A stretch of 64,000 nt of DNA, from contig NIVC01000845.1 in assembly GCA_002269645.1 (NCBI GenBank), positions 186,001-250,000 on the forward strand, in the 5' to 3' direction. This stretch comes from Macrostomum lignano. Lineage: Eukaryota. The notes under the pieces are model-generated. The model saw only the letters and a list, made by a program, of their open reading frames with translations. It was not told the origin of the DNA and ran no database searches. A program made the translations under genes and the position numbers. This document shows positions 1-13,000 of this stretch, one piece after another. Numbering within the stretch: position 1 is the stretch's first letter; every line of letters starts with the position of its first letter.

Positions 1-1241
1 ACAGAATGGATTGCTAATCTAGCCTACATCAATGAAGGAATAGAATGGATTGCTAATCTAGCCTACCCAAATGAAGGAATAGAATGGATTGCTAATCTAG
101 CCTACATGAATGAAGGAATAGAATGGATTTCTAATCTAGCCTACATCAATAAAGGAACAGAATGGATTGCTAATCTAGCCTACACAAATGAAGGAATAGA
201 ATGGATTGCTAATCTAGCCTACACAAATGAAGGAATAGAATGGATTGGTAATCTAGCCTACCCAAATGAAGGAATAAAATGGATTGCTAATCTAGCCTAC
301 CCAAATGAAGGAATAAAATGGATTGCTAATCTAGCCTACCCAAATGAAGGAATAAAATGGATTGCTAATCTAGCCTACCCAAATGAAGGAATAGAATGGA
401 TTGCTAATCTAGCCTACATCAATGAAGGAATAGAATGGATTGCTAATCTAGCCTACATCAATGAAGGAATAGAATGGATTGCTAATCTAACCTACATCAA
501 TGAAGGAATAGAATGGATTGCTAATCTAGCCTACATCAATGAAGGAATAGAATGGATTGCTAATCTAGCCTACATCAATGAAGGAATAGAATGGATTGCT
601 AATCTAACCTACATCAATGAAGGAATAGAATGGATTGCTAATCTAGCCTACATCAGTGAAGGAATAGAATGGATTGCTAATCTAGCCTACCCAAATGAAG
701 GAATAGAATGGATTGCTAATCTAGCCTACATCAATGAAGGAATAGAATGGATTGCTAATCCAGCCTACCCAAATGAAGGAATAGAATGGATTGCTAATCT
801 AGCCTACATCAATGAAGGAATAGAATGGATTGCTAATCTAGCCTACATCAATGAAGGAATAGAATGGATTGCTAATCTAGCCTACATCAATGAAGGAATA
901 GAATGGATTGCTAATCTAGCCTGCATCAGTGAAGGAATAGAATGGATTGCTAATCTAGCCTACATCAATGAAGGAATAGAATGGATTGCTAATCTAGCCT
1001 ACATCAATGAAGGAATAGAATGGATTGCTAATCTAGCCTGCATCAATGAAGGAATAGAATGGATTGCTAATCTAGCCTACACCAATGAATAGAATGGATT
1101 GCTAATCTAGCCTACATCAATGAATAGAATGGATTGCTAATCTAGCCTACACCAATGAATAGAATGGATTGCTAATCTAGCCTTCACCAATGAATAGAAT
1201 GGATTGCTAATCTAGCCTGCATCAATGAAGGAATAGAATGG
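1..1241. repeat. 39-bp minisatellite (AATGAAGGAATAGAATGGATTGCTAATCTAGCCTACATC)
   Basis: About 32 direct tandem copies; continues off the left edge. Confidence 0.97.
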
Positions 1242-1844
1242 TCATATAGATGCAGAACAAACAGAACTTATTCACTTCAAGCTCCATAAAAGCCGAGCTC
1301 TCAGCTCACTCAGCTTGTTAACAACTGCTGCTTCTGTGGCAATAGTCAAACCAGCTTTAGGCTAGGCTTTCGTTTGAAGCCTTTTCCAGAGGCGCAGAGA
1401 GAAGAAGAGCCTCATGCCTGACCACAATTCATGCTGGCATTGCGTCCGAAGTAAACAGTTGTTTTGACACAATGAATTCGGCAGCTCGCTCTGGAGCCGT
1501 CGCCGCCGCCCCGCAGTTGTGTGAAGGGCCTGCAAGCACATTGTGAGTCGGCTGCCTCACTTGCAGCCTCATCAATGCGCTGATGTGCGCTGAAATCTGC
1601 CTCCCTAATAAAGAACTCGTAGCACTTTTGATGCTCTACCGTCAGTCCTAATCTGCTTTTGATTTGTTCACATTTCTTTGTGAAAATATAGCCATCACAT
1701 TGCTTTATATTTCACATCAATGAGGACAGTTGCTATGCAGCTAATATTAGCTGATTAAGAAACTCTGGATAGTCGCGCTTATTTCTATCTTGTGCACCTT
1801 AGCAACTGTGAGCACCATAGCTCACATAGCATAAAGTGAGTCTT

Positions 1845-2705
1845 CCCACTCTCATTCTTCCCACTCTCCCTCTACCCAATTTCTATCTTTCCACTCTCCC
1901 TCTCTCCACTCTATATCTCCTCACTCTCCCTCTCCTCACTCTCCCTCTCCTCACTCTCCCTCTCCTCACTCTCCATCTCTCCACTCTCCCTCTCTCCACT
2001 CTCCATCTCCTCACTCTCCCTCTCCTCACTCTCCCTCTCCTCACTCTCCCTCTCCTCACTCTCCCTCTCCTCACTCTCCCTCTCCTCACTCTCCCTCTCC
2101 TCACTCTCCCTCTCCTCACTCTCCCTCTCCTCACTCTCCCACTCTCTCCCTCTCCTCACTCTCCCTCTCCTCACTCTCCCTCTCCTCACTCTCCCTCTCC
2201 TCACTCTCCCTCTCCTCACTCTCCCTCTCCTCACTCTCCATCTCTCCACTCTCCCTCTCTCCACTCTCCCTCTCTCCACTCTCCCTCTCCCCACTCTCCA
2301 TCTCCTCACTCTCCTTCTCTCCACTCTCCCTCTCTCCACTCTCCCTCTCTCCACTCTCCATCTCCTCACTCTCCTTCTCTCCACTCTCTCTCTCTCCACT
2401 CTCCCTCTCTCCACTCTCCATCTCTCCACTCTCTCTCTCTCCACTCTCCCTCTCTCCACTCTCCATCTCTCCACTCTCCCTCTCTCCACTCTCCATCTCT
2501 CCACTCTCTATCTCTCCACTCTCCTTCTCTCCACTCTCCATCTCTCCACTCTCCTCTCCACTCTCCATCTCTCCACTCTCCCTCTCTCCACTCTCCTTTT
2601 CTCCACTCTCCATCTCCTCACTCTCCTTCTCTCCACTCTCCATCTCTCCACTCTCCATCTTTCCACTCTCCATCTTGCCACTCTCCCACTCTCTCCCTCT
2701 CTTCT
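1845..2705. repeat. CT-rich 15-bp minisatellite (CTCCCTCTCCTCACT)
   Basis: Direct tandem copies. Confidence 0.95.
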
Positions 2706-3065
2706 CCCTCTCTCATTCGCTCCCAATGTCTGCCTGAATTGCAAGTTGATTCACAATTAGCCTGCATTTCTATACTTTCGTCCAGCCCAACCACTGGATG
2801 AAATTGAGCCCTGCCATTGTCCGTGGGTAGAGTCGAAGGATGATGGAGGCAACTTTTCTGGTTTGATTCGAGTCCGAGGGTCAAGCTGCTCTTTATTAAT
2901 AAAAATTCTAAAAATAGCAGAGAGTTTAAAACTGCAGTTTTTCAAACTGGCAGGTGACCAGTTCGGCTCGAGAACAATAGAGCCAAATTAATTCCAAAGC
3001 AAAGTATTCGTGTTTAAATTAATTGCTTCATTGTTTATCTGTTTGTAGTGCTTTTCCTGGATATA

Positions 3066-3372
3066 CCTGACCTAATCAGTGTGTCATAGTGGTGCACTGT
3101 GACTGACCTAATCAGTGTGTCATAGTGTTGCACTGTGACTGACCTAATCAATGTCATACTGGTGCTCTGTGCTCTGATACTGACCTAATCAGTGTGTCAT
3201 ATTGGTGTGCTATGCTCTGATACTGACCTAATCAGTGTGTCATAGTGGTGCTCTGTGCTCTGATACTGACCTAATCAGTGTGTCATAATGGTGCTCTGTG
3301 CTCTGATACTGACCTAATCAGTGTGTCATAGTGGTGCTCTGTGCTCTGATACTGACCTAATCATTGTCATAG
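3066..3372. repeat. About 41-43-bp minisatellite (CTGACCTAATCAGTGTGTCATAGTGGTGCTCTGTGCTCTGATA)
   Basis: About 7 degenerate copies. Confidence 0.9.
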
Positions 3373-3793
3373 CGTCCATTTCTAGCTATTCACAGTATAA
3401 CAGGCACAATAAAAAGCTTGGCACTAAAGTCCTACTTAAAGACCAGGCCAAGCAAATTGAGCTTAAGCCATAGAGAATGAATGAATCAAAGACAACAATA
3501 TACGAGCTGCATTGCCTACACCTGGACAGGTACAGAGTTGCACAGTATACGGGGCAAGTCTCTCTGAAAGGTAAAACCACCTGCTGTCAGCCTGTGACTC
3601 CGTGCACACCGCACACCCAAAAACAGTAGTTGAAGAGTAGGGGGGGGGGAGGGGTAGCTGATGTGTAAAGGCAGGGAGCAACTGCTCATCAATGCTATTA
3701 TGCCGTTCTATAATGCCCAGAAAACATTGCCTGACTGACACACAGAGCTGCTGCCAGTTTGCTGTCTTAACTTCTAGGAAAATCTAGACTTTG

Positions 3794-3825
<32 letters not shown>

Positions 3826-4077
3826 CGCTCGACCGTTCTCCACTTCAAACCGCTCCGGAGCAGGTCTGAGCAGGCAAGCGGGTGGTGCTCGCGGACGGCG
3901 AGATGTGAGCACTATATATACAGGGGCATGCATACACAGCTCAAGGCCTGGAGCTACTCAAACGTTTTCAACCGACTAACGCGAGAAGACAATAAAAAGA
4001 GACGATAGAAAACACTGGGGGCCTCAGTTTAGTAAAATTATTTCAATAGTAATTAGCTATCTGTGAATTTACTTGTC

Positions 4078-7000
4078 ATGTCAAGCTACAAGCCGGCTTA
4101 CTTCCGGGTTGCATCTGTTGATCCTTCACAGCCGCCACAGCAGCCACAGCAGCCACAGCAGCCACAGCAGCAGTCGACCACTGGTATGGTTTTTATACTC
4201 GTACATTGATGCCATTATTGCTTACTTGCGTCCGTCATAGAGAGTGACAAAAAATTAATAATAGCATACGAGTGATGCCATTCAGAGGAGTCCCAAGATT
4301 CCTTAGAGTGACAAGAGTTATGCGAGTGAAAAAATTCTAAAGAGTGAACAGATCTACGCTCGTAGAAGAGTGAACAGATCTACGCTCGTAGAAGAGTGAA
4401 CAGATCTACGCTCGTAGAAGAGTGAACAGATCTACGCTCGTAGAAGAGTGACCAGATCTAGAAGAGTGACCAGATCTAGAAGAGTGATAAGACTCATGAG
4501 ATTAACAGATTTAAACGATTGAAAACATCTCGTACGAGCTTCGTCAGAGTGACAAGATAGCCTAGAGTGACAAGATAGCCTAGAGTGACAAGATAGCCTA
4601 GAGTGACAAGATAGCCTAGAGTGACACGATATCCTAGAGTGACAAGATAGCCTAGAGTGACAAGATAGCCTAGAGTGACACGATAGCCTTGAGTGACAAG
4701 ATAGCCTAGAGTGACAAGATATCCTAGAGTGACAAGATAGCCTAGAGTGACAAGTTATTGCGTCGCCGCCCGCCCCCACCAGACCCAGCCGAGTTCGTTC
4801 GCGACCTGCTGGCCAAGGAGGCCTGCTGCGAGGCCACCTCCGTCAGGCCGCTGTTCTGCCAGCTGGACCAGCTGAACTCGGTGCCGGGCCCGGACGGCCT
4901 GTCCCTCACGCAGGTCTGGCGGGAAAAGTTTCGCTGGATAAAATTCGAAGAGGAACTCGAGGTGACCGGCAATCGATGGAGCGTCCCCTACGTGCCGGTG
5001 CTGTCGCCTTTCTCAGTGATGGAGGCTCGCCGGCAGCTGGACAGTGGGCTCACCTTGCTGATGAAGGTTGACAGCGACGACGGACCCGCGGCAGCGGGCG
5101 GACTGAAGCGCATCGCCGAGGAGGTCGAAGCCAACCTGGTCACCCGGCTGGGCACGGACGCCGCTGAGGAGGTCAAGCGGCTGCTGCTCACCCGGCACAT
5201 CAACTTCGTCGAGAAAGTTGAGGACAGTGAGTGACAGTCAGAGTGACTATTCTGGAGTGACCAGTCTAGAGCATACCAGTGTAGAACCGAGTGACCAGTC
5301 TAGAACAGAATTACCAGACTAGAACAGACTTACCAGTCAAGAACAGAGTGACCATACTAGAACAGAGTGACCAGTCTAGAACAGAGTGACCATACTAGAA
5401 CAGAGTGACCAGTCTAGAACAGAGTGACCAGTCTAGAACAGAGTGACCAGTCTAGAACAGAGTGACTTGTCTAGAACAGAGTGACCAGTCTAGAACAGAG
5501 TGACTTGTCTAGAACAGAGTGACCAGTCTAGAACAGAGTGACCAGTCTAGAACAGAGTGACCAGTCTAGAACAGAGTGACCAGTCTAGAACAGTGACCAG
5601 TCTAGAACAGAGTGACTTGTCTAGAACAGAGTGACCAGTCTAGAACAGAGTGACCATACTAGAACAGAGTGACTAGTCTAGAACAGAGTGACCAGTCTAG
5701 AACAGAGTGACTAGTCTAGAACAGAGTGACCAGACTAGAACAGAGTGACCAGTCTAGAACAGAGTGACTTGTCTAGAACAGAGTGACCAGTCTAGAACAG
5801 AGTGACTTGTCTAGAACAGAGTGACCAGTCTAGAACAGAGTGACCAGTCTAGAACAGAGTGACCAGTCTAGAACAGAGTGACCAGTCTAGAACAGTGACC
5901 AGTCTAGAACAGAGTGACTTGTCTAGAACAGAGTGACCAGTCTAGAACAGAGTGACCATACTAGAACAGAGTGACTAGTCTAGAACAGAGTGACCAGTCT
6001 AGAACAGAGTGACTAGTCTAGAACAGAGTGACCAGACTAGAACAGAGTGACCAGTCTAGAACAGAGTGACCAGTCTAGAACAGAGTGACCAGTCTAGAAC
6101 AGAGTGACCAGACTAGAACAGAGTGACCAGTCTAGAACAGTGACTAGACTAGAACAGAGTGACCATACTAGAACAGAGTGACTAGTCTAGAACAAAGTGA
6201 CCAGTCTAGAACAGAGTGACCAGTCTAGAACAGAGTGACCAGTCTAGAACAGAGTGATCAGTCTAAAACAGAGTGACCAGTCTAGAAAAGAGTGACCAGT
6301 CTAGAACAGAGTGACCAGTCTAGAACAGAGTGACCAGTCTAGAACTTCAACTACCATTGCAGAGGACGAGGAGAATGCCGGGCGCAAGACGAACAAGAAG
6401 TACAGAAAGAAGGTGCACAAAGATGCGGAGGGCTGCTCGATCATGGTGGGCGCGGTGCAGACTCTCCGAGCGCCCGTCTCGGTGTTCGTCAGGCTGGAGC
6501 AGCCGCTGAAGGACGAGCCGCTGATGGAAATCGATCTGCCCATCCGGTTTCTCTACCTGCTGTTGGGTCCGAAGCCCAGCGCCCTGTCGGACCTCGTGTT
6601 GGTTGCTAAGGCGGTTGCCACCCTGATGACTGACGAAATATTTCACAAGGTGGCCTATCTGGCCAATAGCAAGGTGAGTGACAGGGTCTGAGGGACAACA
6701 GAGGGAAACGAAAAGGCACTCTGGGTGACAAAGTTGCCTAATCGATATGAATTTTGTGTCAGAGAGTCCTCACGTGTCTGAGGTGGAATGGGCAAATTTT
6801 AAGGCTTTGAGAGTCTCTTGAAGGAGCGACAGTGTCTAGGAGTGCCAAATACAGACAGAGAGAGTGACAATATTCAGGAGTGCCAGACAGAGAGAGAGTG
6901 ACAATATTCAGGAGTGCCAGACAGAGAGAGAGTGACAATATTCAGGAGTGCCAGACAGAGAGAGAGTGACAATATTCAGGAGTGCCAGACAGAGAGAGAG

Positions 7001-10000
7001 TGACAATATTCAGGAGTGCTAGAATTGAAAAACTCCGCAGGTGGAGCTCATCGCTGGTGTGGACGAGTTCCTGAAGTGCTCCAGCATCCTGCCCCCCATC
7101 GGCTGCTCCCTGACCGATCGAATTCCACCGCCGATGGAGAAGCCGAACACCGAGCACCGCCACGCGGATCAGAAGGAGCCGCAGGAGCCGGCGGTGGTGG
7201 AGCACGGCGAGGCTGAGGGGCTCCAGCGAACTGGCCGTCTCTTTGGCGGCCTGGTTCAAGACATAAAGCGCCGAGCGCCTTGGTAAGTCGAGTGACAAGG
7301 CTTGAGTAAGGCTTGAGTGACAGATCAGAGTGAGTGACAGATCAGAGCAAGAGATCAGAGTGAGAGATTGAGTGACCGATTTGAGTGACCGATTGGAGTG
7401 ACAGATTAGAGTGACCGATTTGAGTGACCGATTTGAGTGACCGATTTGAGTGACCGATTGGAGTGACAGATTAGAGGGACCGATTGGAGTGACCGATTTG
7501 AGTGACCGATTGGAGTGACAGATTTGAGTGACCGATTGGAGTGACCGATTTGAGTGACCGATTGGAGTGACAGATTTGAGTGACCGATTGGAGTGACAAA
7601 TTGGAGAGACAGATTTGAAGACCGATTGGAGTGACAGATTAGAGTGACAGATCAAAGTGAGTGACAGATTAGAGTGACAGATTAGAGTGACCGATTGGAG
7701 TGACCGATATGAGTGACCGATTAGAGTGACCGATTGGAGTGACAGATTTGAGTGACCGATTGGAGTGACAAATTGGAGAGACAGATTTGAAGACCGATTG
7801 GAGTGACAGATTAGAGTGACAGATCAAAGTGAGTGACAGATTAGAGTGACAGATTAGAGTGACCGATTGGAGTGACCGATATGATTGACCGATTAGAGTG
7901 ACCGATTGGAGTGACAGATTTGAGTGACCGATTGGAGTGACAAATTGGAGAGACAGATTTGAAGACCGATTGGAGTGACAGATTAGAGTGACAGATCAAA
8001 GTGAGTGACAGATTAGAGTGACAGATTGGAGTGACAGATCAGAGTGACAGATTAGAGTGACCGACCTGGAGTGACAGACAGGGTGAAGTATTAAGCAGGT
8101 GATCAGTCGCCCCATGAAACCAAATCGCCCCCCTTACTCCAGGTACAAAAGCGACTTCCTGGACGCGCTGCATCCCCAGACGATCGGCTCGTTTTTCTTC
8201 ATCTACTTTGCCTGCATCGCCCCCATCATCACCTTCGGTGGCATGCTGAGCGACGCCACAAACGGCTACCTTGGCGCCATGGAGAGCATACTCTCCGGCC
8301 TCATCTGCGGCGTCTCATACGCTTTGTTTGCTGGACAACCGCTCACCATTCTAGGATCCACGGGACCGGTGAGGATGGGGATGGTTAGGGATTGTTACAG
8401 GCAATACTGATGGTGCTCAAGGATGTTGATGGTCCTCGGGGACGTTTGATGATGCTACTCAAGGATGCTGATGATGCTCAGGAATGTTTGATGATGCTAC
8501 TCAAGGATGCTGATAATGCTCAGGAATGTTTGATGATGCTACTCAAGGATGTTGATGATGCTCAGGGATGTTTGATGATGCTACTCAAGGATGCTGATGA
8601 TGCTCAGGAATGTTTGATGATGCTACTCAAGGATGTTGATGGTCCTCGGGGACGTTTGATGATGCTACTCAAGGATGCTGATGATGCTCAGGAATGTTTG
8701 ATGATGCTACTCAAGGATGCTGATAATGCTCAGGAATGTTTGATGATGCTACTCAAGGATGCTGATGATGCTCAGGAATGTTTGATGATGCTACTCAAGG
8801 ATGCTGATGATGCTCAGGGATGTTTGATGACGCTACTCAAGGATGCTGATAGTGCTCAAGGATGCTGATCAATGGTGTTGAAAGATTTTGATAGTGCTCA
8901 AGGATGCTGATGGTGCTCAAGGATGCTGATCAATGGTGTTCAAGGATGTTGATAAGTGCTCAAGGATGCTGATGGTTCTCAAGGATGTTTATGCTGCTCA
9001 AGGATGTTTATGCTGCTCAAAGATTTTGATGTTGCGGAAGGATGCTGATGGTGCTCAAGGATATTGATGGTGCTCAAGGATATTGATGGTGCTCAAGGAT
9101 ATTGATGGTGCTCAAGGATGTTGATGGTGCTCAAGGATGTTGATGGTGCTCAAGGATATTGATGGTGCTCAAGGATGTTGATGCTGCTCAAGGATTTTGA
9201 TGTTACTTAAGGATGCTGATGGCGTAAAATGATACACATGTATTAATAAGATCGTTGTTGGCCTAATCCAGGATGTTGGCTGGATTATTTCTATGATTTA
9301 GCTGTCCTAGGCGGACCCAGATACATTGCAATGAGACACAGATCGCCCCCCCCACCTTCCTCTCTCAGGTGCTGGTTTTTGAAACCATAGTATTCAAAAT
9401 GTGCGACCGCTACCACTGGGACTACCTACCATTCCGCTGGTGGATCGGCATGTGGACGGCTCTCCTTCTATTGGTGACGGTCGCCCTCGACCTCAGCTAC
9501 CTGGTGAAGTACATCACCAGGTTCACGGAGGAGAGCTTCGCCCTGCTCATAGCTGTCATCTTCGTCTACGAGGCGCTCGCCAAGCTGTTCAAGATCTCGT
9601 CGGACTACCCGGTGAACAAGTACTGGCACCCGAAGCAGGAGGTCATAGTGGAGTGCGAGTGCTTGCCCAATGACAACCTCACCGAGCTCATCCCCGTGCC
9701 GCCCAAGATGGCCCGCCAGCTGCCGACCTACCGGGACGGCAACGTCACCGTGGCGAACTTCAGCGCCATGGACTACTATTCCTGGGACCACGTCCTGTTC
9801 TGGAGGACCTGTCCGAAATACGGCGGAGTCTGGGTCGGCCGCGGCTGCGGACTCTTCAACGTGCCGGACGTTTTCTTCTTCTCCTGCCTGCTTTTCATTG
9901 CCACGTTCTTCCTCTGCTACACGCTGAAGAAGGCCCGGGCCAGCAGTTTGTTCCCCACCTTCGTCCGCCGCCTCATCTCCGACTTTGCCGTCATGATCGC

Positions 10001-13000
10001 CATCTGCGTGGTCACCTCCGTCGACTACATCATGGGTGAGTTGGAGCTCAAGGGTTGGAGCTGAGGGGGTGGAGCTGAGAAGTTGGAGCTGAGGGGGTTG
10101 GAACTGAGGAGTTGGAGCTGAGGGGGTTGGAGCTGAGGAGTTGGAGCTGAGAAGTTGGAGCTGAGGGGGTTGGAACTGAGGAGTTGGAGCTGAGGGGGTT
10201 GGAGCTGAGGAGTTGGAGCTGAGAAGTTGGAGCTGAGGGGGTTGGAGCTGAGGGTTGGAGCTGAGGAGTTGGAGCTGAGGAGTTGGAGCTGAGGAGTTTG
10301 AGCTGAGGAGTTTGAGCTGAGGAGTTTGAGCTGAGGAGTTTGAGCTGAGGAGTTGGAGCTGAGGAGTTTGAGCTGAGGAGTTTGAGCTGAGGAGTTGGAG
10401 CTGAGGAGTTTGAGCTGAGGAGTTGGAGCTGAGGGGGTGGAGCTAAAAGGTTGGAGCTAAGAGGTTGAAGCTGACGGGGTTGGAGCTCACAGCCTATTGC
10501 TCGAACTGTGAGCTCTGTGAGAAGCATTTGTGAGTGACAAAGCTGTGAATGAGCATTGCTGTGAATGACAAAGCTGTGAATGACAAAGCTGAGAATGACA
10601 AAGCTGTGAATGGACAATGATGTGAATGGCAAAGCTGTGAATGGACAATGCTGTGAATGGACAAAGTTGTGAATGGCAAAGCTGTGAATGGCAAAGCTGT
10701 GAATGGCAAAGCTGTGAATGGCAAAGCTGTGAATGGACAATGCTGCGAATGGCAAAGCTGTGAATGGACATTGGACAATGCTGTTAATGACAAAGCTGTG
10801 AATGGACAATGCTGTGAATGGCAAAGCTGTGAATGGACAATGCTGTGAATGGACAAAGCTGTGAATGGCAAAGCTGTGAATGGCAAAGCTGTGAATGGCA
10901 AAGCTGTGAATGGCAAAGCTGTGAATGGACAATGCTGCGAATGGCAAAGCTGTGAATGGACATTGGACAATGCTGTTAATGGCAAAGCTGTGAATGGACA
11001 ATGCTGTGAATGGCAAAGCTGTGAATGGACATTGGACAATGCTGTGAATGGCAAAGCTGTGAATGGACAATGCTGTGAATGGCAAAGCTGTGAATGGACA
11101 TTGGACAATGCTTTTAATGGCAAAGCTGTGAATGGACAATGCTGTGAATGGCAAAGCTGTGAATGGACATTGGACAATGCTGTGAATGGCAAAGCTGTGA
11201 ATGGACAATGCTGTGAATGGCAAAGCTGTGAATGGACAATGCTGTGAATGGCAAAGCTGTGAATGGACATTGGACAATGCTGTTAATGGCAAAGCTGTGA
11301 ATGGACAATGCTGTGAATGGCAAAGCTGTGAATGGACATTGGGCAATGCTGTGAATAGCAAAGCTGCTCCATCACCGCTGACCCACTCGAACTGCTCACG
11401 GTGCCAGATCTGCACACCCCGAAGCTGCTGATCCCAGTGAGTTTCGAGCCGACCCTGGGCTACACCTACCGCGGCTGGGTGGTTCGCCCCTTTGGCAACA
11501 ATCCCTGGTTCACGTCGCTCATCGCCATCGGCCCCGCCTTGCTCGCCACCATCCTGGTGTTTCTGGACCAGCAGATCACCAGCGTGATTGTCAACAGGCG
11601 CGAAAACAAAATGCGCAAGGGTGCTGGCTTTCACCTGGATCTGCTGGTAAGGCTGCAGCTGCACTTTAGATCACCCCAATCCACTAATCCACAATCCACT
11701 AATCCACAATCCACTAATCCACAATCCACTAATCCACAATCCACTAATCCACAATCCACTAATCCACAACATACTAATCCACAAACCACTTATCCAAAAC
11801 CCACTAATCCACTACCCACTAAACCAAAACTCACTAATCCGCAACCCACTAATCCTTAAACCACTAATCCGCAACCCACTAATCCACAAACCACTTATCC
11901 AAAACCCACTAATCCACTACCCACTAATCCACAAACCACTTATCCAAAACCCACTAATCCAAAACTCACTAATCCAAAACTCACTAATCCACAATCCACT
12001 ATTCCACAATCCACTAATCCGCAACCCACTAATCCACAATCCACTAATCCACAATCCACTATTCCACAATCCACTAATCCGCAACTCACTAATCCGCAAC
12101 CCACTAATCCTTAAACCACTAATCCACAACCCACTAATCCTTAAACCACTAATCCACAACCCACTAATCCTTAAACCACTAATCCTCAACCCACTAATCC
12201 ACAACCCACTAATCCTTAAACCACTAATCCGCAACTCACTAATCCGCAACCCACAAACCCTAAACCACTAATCCGCAACCCACTAATCCGCAACCCACTA
12301 ATCCGCAACCCACTAATCCGCAACCCACTAATCCGCAACCCACTAATCCGCAACCCACTAATCCGCAACCCACTAATCCGAAGCCCCAGCAGTCTGCAAC
12401 CCAGCAACTGCTCAATCCCTCAGGTTGTGGCGGTATGCATAGCCATCAACTCGGCCCTGGGCCTGCCGTGGTTCGTAGCCGCCACTGTGCTGTCAATCAA
12501 TCACGTGCTCAGCCTGCGCGAGGAGAGTGAGTGCACCGCGCCAGGCGAAAGGCCCGTGCTGCTCGGCTGCCGGGAGAACCGAGTGACCGGCTTGCTGGTG
12601 TTCCTGTGCATCGGCCTGTCGGTGTTCATATCGCCGCTGCTGCGCCACATCCCCATGCCAGTGCTGTACGGAGTGTTCCTGTTCATGGGCGTCGCCTCGC
12701 TTAACGGCATGCAGCTGTTCGACCGGTTCCTGCTGCTGCTGCAGCCGAGAAAGAACCAGCCGGATATGGCCTGCCTGCGGTGAGTGACTGGGTTGGAGTG
12801 ACTGGGTTGGAGTGATTGGGTTGGAGTGATTGGGTTGGAGTGACTGGGTTGGAGTGACTGGGTTGGAGTGACTAGGTTGGAGTGACTAGGCTGGAGTGAC
12901 TGGGTTGGAGTGACTAGGTTGGAGTGACTAGGTTGGAGCGAATAGGTTGGAGTGACTAGTTTGGAGTGACTAGGTTGGCGTGACTGGGTTGGAGTGACCG

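Noticed and set aside
106-1092. 328-aa ORF of 13-aa repeats (NEGIEWIANLAYI)
   Set aside because: Translation of a 39-bp minisatellite. The unit is a multiple of 3, so the open frame is automatic, and the array continues past the stop with frame-breaking units.
10048-11664. 538-aa minus-strand ORF and overlapping ORFs
   Set aside because: Antisense to SLC4 exon 7 plus intron 6 arrays; low-complexity artefacts.
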